Shown one piece after another: positions 1-9,718 of a stretch of 64,000 nt of DNA. This DNA is from an uncultured Oleiphilus sp. (lineage in GTDB: Bacteria > Pseudomonadota > Gammaproteobacteria > Pseudomonadales > Oleiphilaceae), in the NCBI GenBank assembly GCA_963974595.1, contig CAXBDA010000001.1, forward strand, positions 39,657 through 103,656, in the 5' to 3' direction. A program made the position numbers and the translations under genes. How positions within the stretch are numbered: the stretch's first letter is position 1; each line of letters starts with the position of its first letter. The notes beneath the pieces were generated by a model that saw only the letters and a list, made by a program, of their open reading frames with translations, had not been told where the DNA came from and did not search any database.

Positions 1-194
1 TCTTTATAAACAATAAAAGCAGGCTTAATATCGCCTATTTTTTTAGGTTCTTTGCTAACATCAATTACAAATGACTCATTAGCTAGAGACATAGGGGTTA
101 ACAATACAACTGATAACGTAACAGCTAAAGATAAAAGCTTAGCTTTTACTTGCTGCGGCAGGAGTAAGCAGAAACGAAAATCAAACATAGACAT
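1..194 (-). CDS. hypothetical secreted protein, N-terminal part only (continues beyond window start)
   Basis: Hand translation of the minus strand from the ATG at 194-192 gives MSMFDFRFCLLLPQQVKAKLLSLAVTLSVVLLTPMSLANESF..., which looks like a signal peptide. The ATG overlaps the TGA of the upstream gene (ATGA), suggesting translational coupling. Confidence 0.4.
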   Translation of the reverse strand, partial: MSMFDFRFCLLLPQQVKAKLLSLAVTLSVVLLTPMSLANESFVIDVSKEPKKIGDIKPAFIVYK

Positions 195-1900
195 CATTGG
201 TAACGTCCATCCAGCAGGTTACGTTTTTTTACCTGCTTACTTTCGGCCATACCCTCAAAAAGATAAATTCTGCCTTGCTCGGATCGTTCAAAATTAGACA
301 CCATGCGTGCCCTTAACGCAGCTAAACGATCTCGGACCGTTTTAGTCACTTCCATGTCGAGTGCCTGGATTAGTTTAGTGAGTCGAGTGTTGGCATGATT
401 GATGACATTTTTTAACCTTTTGCTCTCTAATAACTGACTATTTAAAACAGTCTCACCTTTGCGAACTTTTTTTTGTAATGAGTCCAAACGAATTTTTAAC
501 ACTTCAATACTATTTTTCAACACATCTAATTGAAGATTAGAGGATAATGAGCTTGTCATACCCGATTGTTTTTGCAGCATATCAATATCCGTTTTTTGAG
601 CATTTATTTTTCCTAGAATATTGGGAGCATCGAACTCGCTTCGTTGTTTTTTGTAGGTTTTCTTTTTATTAGACAGGGACTCATCAAACACGGTTAGCTG
701 GGAAGACCAAAAATCCAAACTATTTTTCAGCATAGATAATTCAGAGAACAACCTAAACTGATCATAAAGCGCACTATCTTGAACTATATACTTATGATAA
801 ACAGCGAGAGTTGTATTTTTGACCACATCTTTTGCCAAAAACCACTCTAAGCCATCTATTTCGTTATTCTCCAGAAAAATTTTGGCTACGCTATGTTCCT
901 TAAGTAAATTGTCGAGTTTATCAATTTTTTCCAGCTCTAATTCAAAGGTATTGCTTGCATCAAGATAAGCTTCCAGCGTCTGACTAATATAGCCAGATCG
1001 CTCAAATGCATATGGAATAGCCAAATAGGCTTCTGCAACCGCTTGATCAACAACCGGGTAGGTTTTTAAACTATGCCATGACTGCGTTGCTGCTCTAAAA
1101 TCTCCCGATTCAAGTAAGGCTAAACCATTTAAATAAAGCCCTGCCGGGGCACTTTCGGAGTCAAGATGTATTTTTTTGAAAAAAGGGATAGCAAAATCAT
1201 ATTTTTCTGCGTCAAGATATATCTTCCCAGCTGCTAAGTTGATTCGATCATTTAATGATTTTGCTTCTTTTGTATTTTTTTTGTTAAAAGAGTCTGCAAT
1301 TTTAAGTGCTCTTAAAGCACTGGTCTTATCACGACTGGTTTCTGAATAAGCTATCGCTAAATTGTAATAAGCATAAGCCGCCCATGTACCTCCATAAGCA
1401 TCACTTAATGCTTGCCCTGCCCTGACATTACTTCCAAGTTTAATAAAACAATTTGCTCGATAAAAAGACCAGGCTTCATGGTATTCGAGAGACGATGTAT
1501 CTTTTATCTTTTTAAATGCCTTGAGAGCAGGAATGCAGTTATCTTGTAGGTATTCTATTCTTCCAATTTGATAATAATCAGCGTCACTTAAGTTTTTTTG
1601 CTTAAGTGCACCCGAGATTAGCTCAGGTATTTCATTTGAAATATTAAAACCATGAAGGGCGGTGATATAATTAACGAAATTTTGCGATTGGTACTGCTCA
1701 TCCATCAGCACCAAAGAATCAAAGTACTTACCGCTATCTAGTTCAAACTTAATCATCCCCTGATAAAGCTCATCAGGAATATGATGAGTTTTGGCAAGCG
1801 AAGGCATGCTTAACGCTAACACACACATCAATGCAGAAATAAGCTTAATAGTTAAGCGCTGGATATAGCGGATATAACTCACGTATCGAAATCCTACCAT
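194..1900 (-). CDS. secreted TPR-like repeat protein with C-terminal coiled-coil region
   Basis: 568-aa ORF. It has an N-terminal hydrophobic signal-like segment (LISALMCVLALSMPSLA). The middle is rich in A/Y/L helical repeats typical of TPR, and the C-terminal third is heptad-rich (LQKK, LKNSIEVLKIRLDSLQKK). Its start overlaps the stop of the upstream ORF. Confidence 0.55.
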   Translation of the reverse strand: MVGFRYVSYIRYIQRLTIKLISALMCVLALSMPSLAKTHHIPDELYQGMIKFELDSGKYFDSLVLMDEQYQSQNFVNYITALHGFNISNEIPELISGALKQKNLSDADYYQIGRIEYLQDNCIPALKAFKKIKDTSSLEYHEAWSFYRANCFIKLGSNVRAGQALSDAYGGTWAAYAYYNLAIAYSETSRDKTSALRALKIADSFNKKNTKEAKSLNDRINLAAGKIYLDAEKYDFAIPFFKKIHLDSESAPAGLYLNGLALLESGDFRAATQSWHSLKTYPVVDQAVAEAYLAIPYAFERSGYISQTLEAYLDASNTFELELEKIDKLDNLLKEHSVAKIFLENNEIDGLEWFLAKDVVKNTTLAVYHKYIVQDSALYDQFRLFSELSMLKNSLDFWSSQLTVFDESLSNKKKTYKKQRSEFDAPNILGKINAQKTDIDMLQKQSGMTSSLSSNLQLDVLKNSIEVLKIRLDSLQKKVRKGETVLNSQLLESKRLKNVINHANTRLTKLIQALDMEVTKTVRDRLAALRARMVSNFERSEQGRIYLFEGMAESKQVKKRNLLDGRYQ

Positions 1901-2493
1901 TGCTTAACTTTAAAAACTGGTTCACCACTTACGTTATTATCACTCACAATCAATTGAATATAACGCGCGTTTTCTTCTTTGATAAAACTAAGGATTTTCT
2001 TACGTCGGAAATAGCGTTCATTCTGACCTTGCCCATTAAATTGCATAGACAGCTTGTGTTTGCCGTCAGACAAACTACCTAAATAGATACGCTGGATGCC
2101 TCCTTTTTTTAATGCCTCAATTTCTGAATCACGATAAAGAGAAGATGATACTAATTTCCCATCCAGATTGATTTCGATTGAATCGAGTACAAAGCTTGTT
2201 TTTTCTGAATAGGATAAAAATATAGCTAGCTGAGTATTGCTAGGGTACAACAGCTCTTTTTGAAACTTATAGAGCTCTTGATTTATTTTGATGATTTCTT
2301 TTTTTATTTTTTCGGCTTCAGAAACCAAGGCGTTAAGGTTTTCATTAACCACTTCAGCTTTACCAACATTACCCCCAGCATCCAAGCTTCCCTCTTCAAT
2401 CACATCAGATTGGCCTAGAGTTTCCGCTGCATTTACTTGAAATAGACAAAGAAAGCTTAAAATAAGTAAAAAAGGTAATTGTCTTTGAAGCAT
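1894..2493 (-). CDS. hypothetical secreted protein (signal peptide, short coiled coil, beta-rich C-terminal domain)
   Basis: 199-aa ORF with a clear signal peptide (LPFLLILSFLCLFQVNAAE). I do not recognise the family. Probably co-transcribed with 194..1900. Confidence 0.5.
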   Translation of the reverse strand: MLQRQLPFLLILSFLCLFQVNAAETLGQSDVIEEGSLDAGGNVGKAEVVNENLNALVSEAEKIKKEIIKINQELYKFQKELLYPSNTQLAIFLSYSEKTSFVLDSIEINLDGKLVSSSLYRDSEIEALKKGGIQRIYLGSLSDGKHKLSMQFNGQGQNERYFRRKKILSFIKEENARYIQLIVSDNNVSGEPVFKVKQW

Positions 2494-2679
2494 ATAATTT
2501 CGTTTTCTGTCAGTAAGTTTACAGAAATCATAGCAAGTAATCAGTGAAAAAAAAGGGGATATGTCACTAATTCAAAAGACAGTTTTTGAAATTCAATTTA
2601 TTAAACATCCAACGAATAAAAAATAGCCTATTTTTTAAACAAAAAGCAGACTATTAAGTCTAACTGCGGGTTGCTTCGT

Positions 2680-3858
2680 CTAGCGACTTAGATACTTCAT
2701 CCCAGCCTCCAAACCTTCTACTGTCATCGGGAACATCTTATCTTCTATAAGCTGTTTTGTAATACCTAAAGAACCGCCTTGACCCCAATAGTTTTGCGGT
2801 AAAGGGTTTATCCAGATAACTTTTTCAAAATGATCTCGTAGTCTTTGCATCCAAATAGCGCCTGCCTCTTCATTCCAGTGCTCTATACTCCCGCCCGGAT
2901 GGGTTATTTCATACGGTGCCATTGACGCATCACCGACAAAGATAACTTTGTAATCGGATGAGTACTTATGGAGCAAGTCATACAAACTACTTGATTCATG
3001 AGTTCTACGTATATTGTCTTTCCACACACTTTCATAAATAAAATTATGAAAGTAGAAATACTCCATATGCTTGAACTCTAATCTGGCAGCAGAAAACAAC
3101 TCTTCACATACTTTTATGTGTGGATCCATAGAACCACCTACATCAAAAAACAATAAGACCTTTATGCTATTGTGGCGCTCTGGCACCATTTTAATATCTA
3201 AATAACCTGCATTTCGTGCCGTTGAACGAATCGTATCATCTAGGTCTAATTCATCTGCAGCACCTTGCCTGGCAAATTTACGTAAGCGCCTTAACGCTAA
3301 CTTGATATTTCGTATACCCAGCGTTACGTCACCATCAAGATCTTTATAACCTCGCTTTTCCCAGACTTTAACGGCGCGACCATTTCGACCACTTTTTTGG
3401 CCGATCCTGAAACCTTCAGGATTATAACCATTCGCACCAAAGGGAGAAGTACCCCCTGTACCGATCATTTTATTACCGCCCTGATGCTTTTTCTTTTGCT
3501 CTTCTAAACGTTCTTTAAAGGCTTTCATCAGCTCTTCCAGACCACCCATTGCTTCCATTTGCGCCTTTTCTTCATCTGTCAGATTCTTTTCAAACTCTGC
3601 TTTCAGCCAGTCTTCAGGGATCATTTCTTTAAACAGCTCATCAAGCGCTTCCATACCTTCAAAATAAGCCCCATAAGCTCTATCGAATTTATCAAAATGT
3701 TTTTCATCTTTAACCAGACATAATCGACTCAGATAATAAAATTCATCAATATTTCCAAATACAATTTTCTTTTCAAGCGCCTGCATTAAATCCAGAAACT
3801 CTTTTAAAGACGCTGGCACTTTTGCAGCTCTTACCGCCTGAAAGAACTTAATAAGCAT
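2680..3858 (-). CDS. VWA domain protein, CoxE-like (MoxR partner)
   Basis: 392 aa. The N-terminal helical region is followed by a VWA/MIDAS-type motif (FFDVGGSMD = DxSxS-like). This is the typical partner of small MoxR/CbbQ-type AAA+ ATPases, and one is encoded 1.2 kb upstream. Confidence 0.75.
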   Translation of the reverse strand: MLIKFFQAVRAAKVPASLKEFLDLMQALEKKIVFGNIDEFYYLSRLCLVKDEKHFDKFDRAYGAYFEGMEALDELFKEMIPEDWLKAEFEKNLTDEEKAQMEAMGGLEELMKAFKERLEEQKKKHQGGNKMIGTGGTSPFGANGYNPEGFRIGQKSGRNGRAVKVWEKRGYKDLDGDVTLGIRNIKLALRRLRKFARQGAADELDLDDTIRSTARNAGYLDIKMVPERHNSIKVLLFFDVGGSMDPHIKVCEELFSAARLEFKHMEYFYFHNFIYESVWKDNIRRTHESSSLYDLLHKYSSDYKVIFVGDASMAPYEITHPGGSIEHWNEEAGAIWMQRLRDHFEKVIWINPLPQNYWGQGGSLGITKQLIEDKMFPMTVEGLEAGMKYLSR

Positions 3859-3892
3859 TTATTTCTCCAAAATCCAATATTCGAAACATGAA

Positions 3893-5038
3893 CTAAAGCC
3901 CCATTTGCTTCGCTATTAATTCATTCATAATTTCATAGGTCCCACCACCTATGGATAGAATTCGGTTGTCTCGCGATAAACGCTCGACCACCGTTTCTCT
4001 CATATAGCCCATGCCGCCAAAAATCTGTACCGCATCATAAGTCACTTTATCGCTCACTGATGTTGCAAAGTTTTTAGCCATACCAATCTCTTTTAAGACT
4101 GACTGCCCTTGCTGCATTTTTGATGCTAAGCGATAGGTGAATGCCTTGCTTGCCTCTAACTGTGTCGCCATTTCAGCAAGCTTGTGCCTGATCACTTGAA
4201 ACTTACCAATAGGCCTGCCAAAGGCCTGTCGAGATTTAACATAGCGCATTGATTCTTCAAGCGCTATCTCACTTGTCATATTAGCCATGACGCACAAGCT
4301 CAAACGCTCCATTTCAAAATTAGACATAATGGCAATAAACCCTGAATTTTCAGGGCCTATTAAATTATCAACAGGGACACGGCAATCCTCAAAGAATAAC
4401 TCAGCAGTATCGCTAGCCCACCAGCCAGTCTTTTTCAAAGGATTACCACGACTAAAGCCAGTCCGGCCTCGCTCGATTAACAGCAAACTTATGCCACTAT
4501 ACCCGTCACCACCTGTTCTCACAGCTACTGTATAATAGTCTGCTCGATGTCCGCTCGTAATAAAGGTTTTAGAGCCATTTACGACATATTCACTACCTTG
4601 TTTCACGGCACGCGTTTTCAGGTTAGCTACATCTGATCCACCACTAGCTTCAGTAATCGCCAACGCAGAAATCTTTTTACCACTAAGCACATCTGGCACA
4701 ATTCTATCTTTTAGTGAATCAGAGCCCCACTTCCAAACAGGAGGCAAACCGATATCCAGTGAACCCAAACTCGCAACAAAGCCGCCGGAGGTAGAACGCA
4801 TCAATGCCTCTGAAGCAGCAATTTTGCTGAAAATATCAGCATTAGTACCGCCATATTTTTCAGGGTGACCTAAGCCTAAAATACCAGCAGCACCAGCTTT
4901 CTGGTATATTTCGCGAGGAAACGTACCCTCTTCTTCCCATTCGTCAATGTAAGGTTTAACTTCTTGATCGATAAAGCGCTCAACATTCATGCGTATTAAG
5001 TTTTGCGTTTCACCAAAGTAGTCTTTGTTATTATTCAT
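3893..5038 (-). CDS. acyl-CoA dehydrogenase
   Basis: 381 aa with ACAD hallmarks: ALAITEASGGSDVANLKT, KTFITSG, QIFGGMGYMRE, and catalytic-base context GGTYEIM. Confidence 0.9.
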   Translation of the reverse strand: MNNNKDYFGETQNLIRMNVERFIDQEVKPYIDEWEEEGTFPREIYQKAGAAGILGLGHPEKYGGTNADIFSKIAASEALMRSTSGGFVASLGSLDIGLPPVWKWGSDSLKDRIVPDVLSGKKISALAITEASGGSDVANLKTRAVKQGSEYVVNGSKTFITSGHRADYYTVAVRTGGDGYSGISLLLIERGRTGFSRGNPLKKTGWWASDTAELFFEDCRVPVDNLIGPENSGFIAIMSNFEMERLSLCVMANMTSEIALEESMRYVKSRQAFGRPIGKFQVIRHKLAEMATQLEASKAFTYRLASKMQQGQSVLKEIGMAKNFATSVSDKVTYDAVQIFGGMGYMRETVVERLSRDNRILSIGGGTYEIMNELIAKQMGL

Positions 5039-5108
5039 ATAAAATTCACCGTATGATGTTCAACTTATCACGACAGTTAACAGCTAGAGGAAGAAGCAGC
5101 TCATTGCT

Positions 5109-5957
5109 TTAGCCTTTTCTTCGCGCCATGAAGGCCAAACGCTGAAGTAAATGTACATCTTGTTCATTTTTAATTAATGCACCATAAAGTGGTGGTATGG
5201 CTTTTGAAGGGTCACGCTCTTGCAATACTTTTTCTGACATTTCATCTGCCATAAGTAACTTCAACCAATCTATTAATTCACTTGTCGATGGCTTTTTCTT
5301 TAAGCCGGGCACTTTTCGAACATCAAAAAACACATCCAAGGCTTCTTTTAATAACTCTTTTTTCAAACCCGGATAATGTACATCGACAATCTTCTCCATT
5401 GTGGCTTCGTCCGGGAAGTTAATATAATGAAAGAAACAGCGGCGCAAGAAAGCATCGGGCAGCTCTTTTTCATTGTTACTAGTAATTAAAACGATGGGGC
5501 GATGTTTTGCAATAACACGTTCTTGTGTTTCATAAACGTAAAACTCCATTTTATCGATTTCTAAAAGTAAATCGTTAGGGAATTCAATATCGGCTTTATC
5601 TATCTCATCTATTAATAGAACGACTTTTTCATTTGCATCAAAAGCTTCCCATAATTTGCCTTTAACAATGTAGTTCGAAATATCATGCACCTTATCATTT
5701 CCCAGCTGCGAATCGCGCAAACGTGAAACAGCATCATATTCGTACAAGCCTTGTTGAGCCTTGGTAGTCGATTTAATATGCCATTGAATCAAATTTGCAC
5801 CGAGAGACTCAGCCAGTTGCTCAGCCAACATCGTTTTTCCGGTTCCTGGCTCTCCTTTAATCAACAAAGGTTTTTCTAGCGAAATGGCGGCATTCACAGC
5901 CATTTGCAAATCATCAGTTGCGACATACTCGTTAGTACCTTGGAAAACCATATACAC
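5109..5957 (-). CDS. MoxR/CbbQ-like AAA+ ATPase
   Basis: 282 aa. Walker A is GEPGTGKT and Walker B is LLIDEIDKA. Size and order match single-domain MoxR-class ATPases. Confidence 0.85.
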   Translation of the reverse strand: MYMVFQGTNEYVATDDLQMAVNAAISLEKPLLIKGEPGTGKTMLAEQLAESLGANLIQWHIKSTTKAQQGLYEYDAVSRLRDSQLGNDKVHDISNYIVKGKLWEAFDANEKVVLLIDEIDKADIEFPNDLLLEIDKMEFYVYETQERVIAKHRPIVLITSNNEKELPDAFLRRCFFHYINFPDEATMEKIVDVHYPGLKKELLKEALDVFFDVRKVPGLKKKPSTSELIDWLKLLMADEMSEKVLQERDPSKAIPPLYGALIKNEQDVHLLQRLAFMARRKG

Positions 5958-6169
5958 ACCTTTTTAAACAAGAAAGTTACTTAACAATGGATGCACACAT
6001 ATTTTTGAATGTTTGTTGCATCACATAAAAAATTTTTATCTAACTATAAAAACGACATAAACTAAAATTGTATGCTAATTTCATATCAAACAGAAAGACA
6101 AAACGCTTAAGCAAACAGCCATCAATGACCTTAATCACCTTAAAACGTATATTTACCAGAACCATAAAG

Positions 6170-6796
6170 ATGCCTATGCATAGCAAAAATATTCAAGTTG
6201 ATAGAACAACAAAAATAACAAACCGCCTAGCCACAATGATTCTATGTTTCGCTTCTTTTTCAGTTTGTGCTCTTGATAATACAGATAGTGATACAAGGCA
6301 AGCTGTAAACGTGAAACAGTCTTTTCTATCATGTTCAATCATCACCAGTGAACACCTGACAGCACTTCAACTGTATCAGCGAGGCATTCCTAGAGAACTT
6401 GCCGCAGATTCGTTACCCAATATTTCACGAGACGGAAAAAAGAGACTGGCTTACATCTACGATTGGGTCAAAGAAATTGGTATTTTAAACGCCTATGCCG
6501 ACATCAATACAAATTACGCAAGATGCTCGACGTTAGTCTACAAAAAGCAAGGCCGCCCTGCGCCAGATTTAAAAGAATATGCTTATTATTTCTGCTCTGG
6601 CGAAAATAAAATCAGGTATGAGATAATGCTTAAACTGGATCGTAATCATTCCATCAAAGAAATCACAAAAGATTTACCTGCGTCATTTCTTTCTGTGGCA
6701 CAGCGCTACAAAATATTGATAAAAGAGAAAGGAACCTTAGCCGCTTTTGACTTAACGGCGAACAACTTAAAGGCATGTTTACAACAAATAGAATAA
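6170..6796 (+). CDS. hypothetical secreted protein
   Basis: The ORF is open from 6068, but a signal-like segment (MILCFASFSVCALDN) follows the internal Met codons, so the start is uncertain. No recognisable family. Confidence 0.4.
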   Translation: MPMHSKNIQVDRTTKITNRLATMILCFASFSVCALDNTDSDTRQAVNVKQSFLSCSIITSEHLTALQLYQRGIPRELAADSLPNISRDGKKRLAYIYDWVKEIGILNAYADINTNYARCSTLVYKKQGRPAPDLKEYAYYFCSGENKIRYEIMLKLDRNHSIKEITKDLPASFLSVAQRYKILIKEKGTLAAFDLTANNLKACLQQIE

Positions 6797-6820
6797 TTTT
6801 ATTTTTTTCTATTAAGCTGC

Positions 6821-6849
6821 TTGACTTAAATTAATCGCTTGCCTATCAT
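6821..6849 (+). promoter_or_regulatory. sigma70-type promoter for tRNA-Glu
   Basis: TTGACT (6821-6826), a 17-bp spacer, then TATCAT (6844-6849), followed by the GC-rich discriminator CGCGCC. It lies about 30 bp upstream of the tRNA. Confidence 0.5.
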
Positions 6850-6878
6850 ACGCGCCACTTCGACGGAGTAAGCATTGC

Positions 6879-6954
6879 GTCCCCTTCGTCTAGAGGCCTA
6901 GGACACCGCCCTTTCACGGCGGTAACAGGGGTTCGACTCCCCTAGGGGACGCCA
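6879..6954 (+). tRNA. tRNA-Glu (anticodon UUC)
   Basis: 76 nt: GTCCCCTTCGTCTAGAGGCCTAGGACACCGCCCTTTCACGGCGGTAACAGGGGTTCGACTCCCCTAGGGGACGCCA. Cloverleaf stems are visible, the anticodon loop is CTTTCAC, and CCA is encoded. From memory it is nearly identical to enterobacterial tRNA-Glu. Confidence 0.97.
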
Positions 6955-7104
6955 CTTCTTTTTTCTGCTTTCAATCCTTTCTAATTATTCCCGTTATTTT
7001 CATCTTGATATCACCAATTTAAAATCTCCAAGCCTGATATCTGTACTACACTGTTTAATACATTCCGACCTATTCATAACTCTCAGCTTAATTCGGTAAA
7101 ATGA

Positions 7105-8322
7105 ATGACAACAGAACCTAAAGATATACTTTTAGCAAGACAAGCTATTTACAACACTAAAAAAGAAGTTGTCGGCTATGAACTGCTTTTTAGAGAAAAC
7201 ACTGACATCCCTAAAACGGCCGTTTTTGATGGCAACCGAGCAACGTCAAGAGTATTACTCAGCCTCTTCACAGAAAGTGATATTACAACCATCACGCATG
7301 GCCTTCCCGCTTATATAAACTTCACTGCCGAATTACTCCACAACCCACCCTTATTTGAACCCAACACCATGGTCATTGAGGTACTCGAAGACATCTGCAT
7401 TACCGACAAAATAATTTCTAGCCTAAAGAAACTTAAACAAAAAGGATTCACGCTTGCGCTTGACGATTTTGTTATGGATGAAAAATACAGCCCGATATTA
7501 GAACTTGTCGATATTATTAAGCTCGAACTTCCCGAGATGGACGATGACGCACTAACGAAAACAATTGCTAGTCTGAAAAAATATAATGCAAGAATATTGG
7601 CAGAAAAAATAGAAACACCGGAAATGTTTAATCGCTGTAAAGAACTTGGTTGTGACATGTTTCAAGGCTATTTCTTATCCAAGCCAGAAATCATTAAGGG
7701 TAAAAAAATTGCCGCCAGCAAAATGGCCGTATTAAATCTAATTTCTGAAATACAGGCACCCGAAATCGACATGGACGGGTTGACCAAAGTCATAGCGAGA
7801 GACCCCGCGCTAAGCTTTAAACTGCTTAAATTAATCAATTCAGCCGCCTTCAAGCGCAGCAACACAATTGACTCTATACATCGGGCCGTCACCCTGCTTG
7901 GCATTGACAAAATTAAAAGCTGGGCTAGTTTGCTGGCTCTTAGCAAACTTGATGACAAACCTGAAGCACTACATTACACCGCACTAGTTCGCGCATTAAT
8001 GTGTGAAAAACTAGCAGAGTATATACAGCTTGATGCTCGAGACCGCTTCTACACAGTCGGCCTGCTTTCATGCCTGGATGCTTTTTTTGATCAACAACTT
8101 CTTGAAATAGTTAAAAGTATTTCTTTAGACGATGCGATTAGTGACGCTCTGCTAAACTTCAAAGGGCCAGCAGGGTTAGCCCTTCACACAACACTGAATT
8201 TTGAAAAATCTCAGTGGCATAAAATTAATTGGCAAGCACTTAGCAAGTATGAGCTAACGGTAAAGCTAATTAACGAGATATATTTCGATACAACAAAACT
8301 TGCACTCGAAATATCATCTTAA
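7105..8322 (+). CDS. EAL domain + HDOD domain protein (putative c-di-GMP phosphodiesterase/sensor)
   Basis: 405 aa. EAL-domain residues are present (YELLFR, NFT, EVLE, LDDF, KLE, AEKIE, QGY). The C-terminal half looks like HDOD (RDPALSFKLLKLINSAAF). Confidence 0.85.
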   Translation: MTTEPKDILLARQAIYNTKKEVVGYELLFRENTDIPKTAVFDGNRATSRVLLSLFTESDITTITHGLPAYINFTAELLHNPPLFEPNTMVIEVLEDICITDKIISSLKKLKQKGFTLALDDFVMDEKYSPILELVDIIKLELPEMDDDALTKTIASLKKYNARILAEKIETPEMFNRCKELGCDMFQGYFLSKPEIIKGKKIAASKMAVLNLISEIQAPEIDMDGLTKVIARDPALSFKLLKLINSAAFKRSNTIDSIHRAVTLLGIDKIKSWASLLALSKLDDKPEALHYTALVRALMCEKLAEYIQLDARDRFYTVGLLSCLDAFFDQQLLEIVKSISLDDAISDALLNFKGPAGLALHTTLNFEKSQWHKINWQALSKYELTVKLINEIYFDTTKLALEISS

Positions 8323-8430
8323 GCATCTATCTAGTTCTTGACTTAAAATATGCTCGCCTTAAGCTAGTGCTCTGAGTTCTCGCGCACACTTATAAGCGAG
8401 CAAAAATGTAAACTAGATAGTTGCCCTTCT

Positions 8431-9654
8431 ATGAATCATTCTTATGTTCTTGTAATTAACTGCGGAAGCTCATCTCTGAAGTTTGCGCTTTATGATACCC
8501 ATGCCCAGCCTGACTTTAAGCCGCTAAAACTTTTAGCAGAAGGTATTGCCGAACACGTCAACAGTAACACTGCCAATATCACTATCAGGAAACACCCAGA
8601 AAAGACAAGCAGCCCTTTAGACTTAAATGAACATGACCCTGAATTTCACGCCAAAAGCCTAGAATACATTTTAGACCACCTCGATAAGGATTTTCATCTT
8701 CATGGCAACTTATTGGGCGTCGGTCATCGCGTCGTCCATGGTGGAAATATTTTCAGCCAATCGGTGGTGATCACAGATCAAGTACTTCAACAAATAAAAG
8801 AATGTGCCTCACTTGCGCCATTGCATAATCCAGCCAACATTATTGGCATCGAGTCTCTCAAGTCACATTTCCCAATACTTCCGCAAGTAGCTGTTTTTGA
8901 TACAGCCTTCCACCAAACCATGCCAGATTTTGCCTATACTTATGCGTTACCAAAAGCCTGGTCAAACAATTATCAGATACGTCGTTATGGTTTTCATGGC
9001 ACAAGTCATCGTTATGTTAGCCAGCAAGCAGCTAGTTTTTTCGAAAAAGACCTATCAGAACTATCCGTGATCACAGCGCACTTAGGCAATGGCGCGAGTG
9101 TCACCGCAATATCTGGCGGAAAAAGTGTTGATACCAGCATGGGAATGACGCCATTGGAAGGTCTTGTTATGGGGACACGTTCTGGCGATGTAGACCCTGG
9201 CATCTTTGATTATTTAACGACTAAAGGTCATTCAATTCAAGAAATCAACCAAGTACTTAACAAGAAAAGCGGCCTACTTGGAATATCCGATATAAGCCAT
9301 GATATGAGAACACTTTGTGATGCTGCCGAAAATGGACATCCAGATGCAAGTTTGGCTTTAGAGGTATTTTGTTTCAAGGCGGCCAAATATATTGCGTCGA
9401 TGTCGGCGTCATTAAAGCACCTGGATGCTTTAATTTTTACCGGTGGCATTGGCGAAAATGCAACACATATCAGACATATGATTGTGGATCATTTAAGTAT
9501 TCTAGGCTTAAAAATAGATACCCAGAAAAATAATCAAACGAAAATAGATGATGCCATGATTATGTCGATCCATTCCCCCGATAGCGGCCCAATATTAGTA
9601 ATTCCAACAGATGAGGAAGCCATGATCGTTAGTGACACATTACAATTAATATGA
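8431..9654 (+). CDS. ackA: acetate kinase
   Basis: 407 aa with VLVINCGSSSLKF, GHRVVHGG, RYGFHGTSH and FTGGIGEN motifs. Directly followed by pta. Confidence 0.95.
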   Translation: MNHSYVLVINCGSSSLKFALYDTHAQPDFKPLKLLAEGIAEHVNSNTANITIRKHPEKTSSPLDLNEHDPEFHAKSLEYILDHLDKDFHLHGNLLGVGHRVVHGGNIFSQSVVITDQVLQQIKECASLAPLHNPANIIGIESLKSHFPILPQVAVFDTAFHQTMPDFAYTYALPKAWSNNYQIRRYGFHGTSHRYVSQQAASFFEKDLSELSVITAHLGNGASVTAISGGKSVDTSMGMTPLEGLVMGTRSGDVDPGIFDYLTTKGHSIQEINQVLNKKSGLLGISDISHDMRTLCDAAENGHPDASLALEVFCFKAAKYIASMSASLKHLDALIFTGGIGENATHIRHMIVDHLSILGLKIDTQKNNQTKIDDAMIMSIHSPDSGPILVIPTDEEAMIVSDTLQLI

Positions 9655-9718
9655 AGGCTATTGTTTTTATGATCGACTCAAACCTCAACAACTGCAATTT
9701 AACGGAATAATATACACC

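Noticed and set aside
52-297. 81-aa plus-strand ORF at the window start
   Set aside because: It lies antisense to two overlap-coupled minus-strand genes (1..194 and 194..1900). It has no SD and a low-complexity composition, so it is most likely a shadow ORF.
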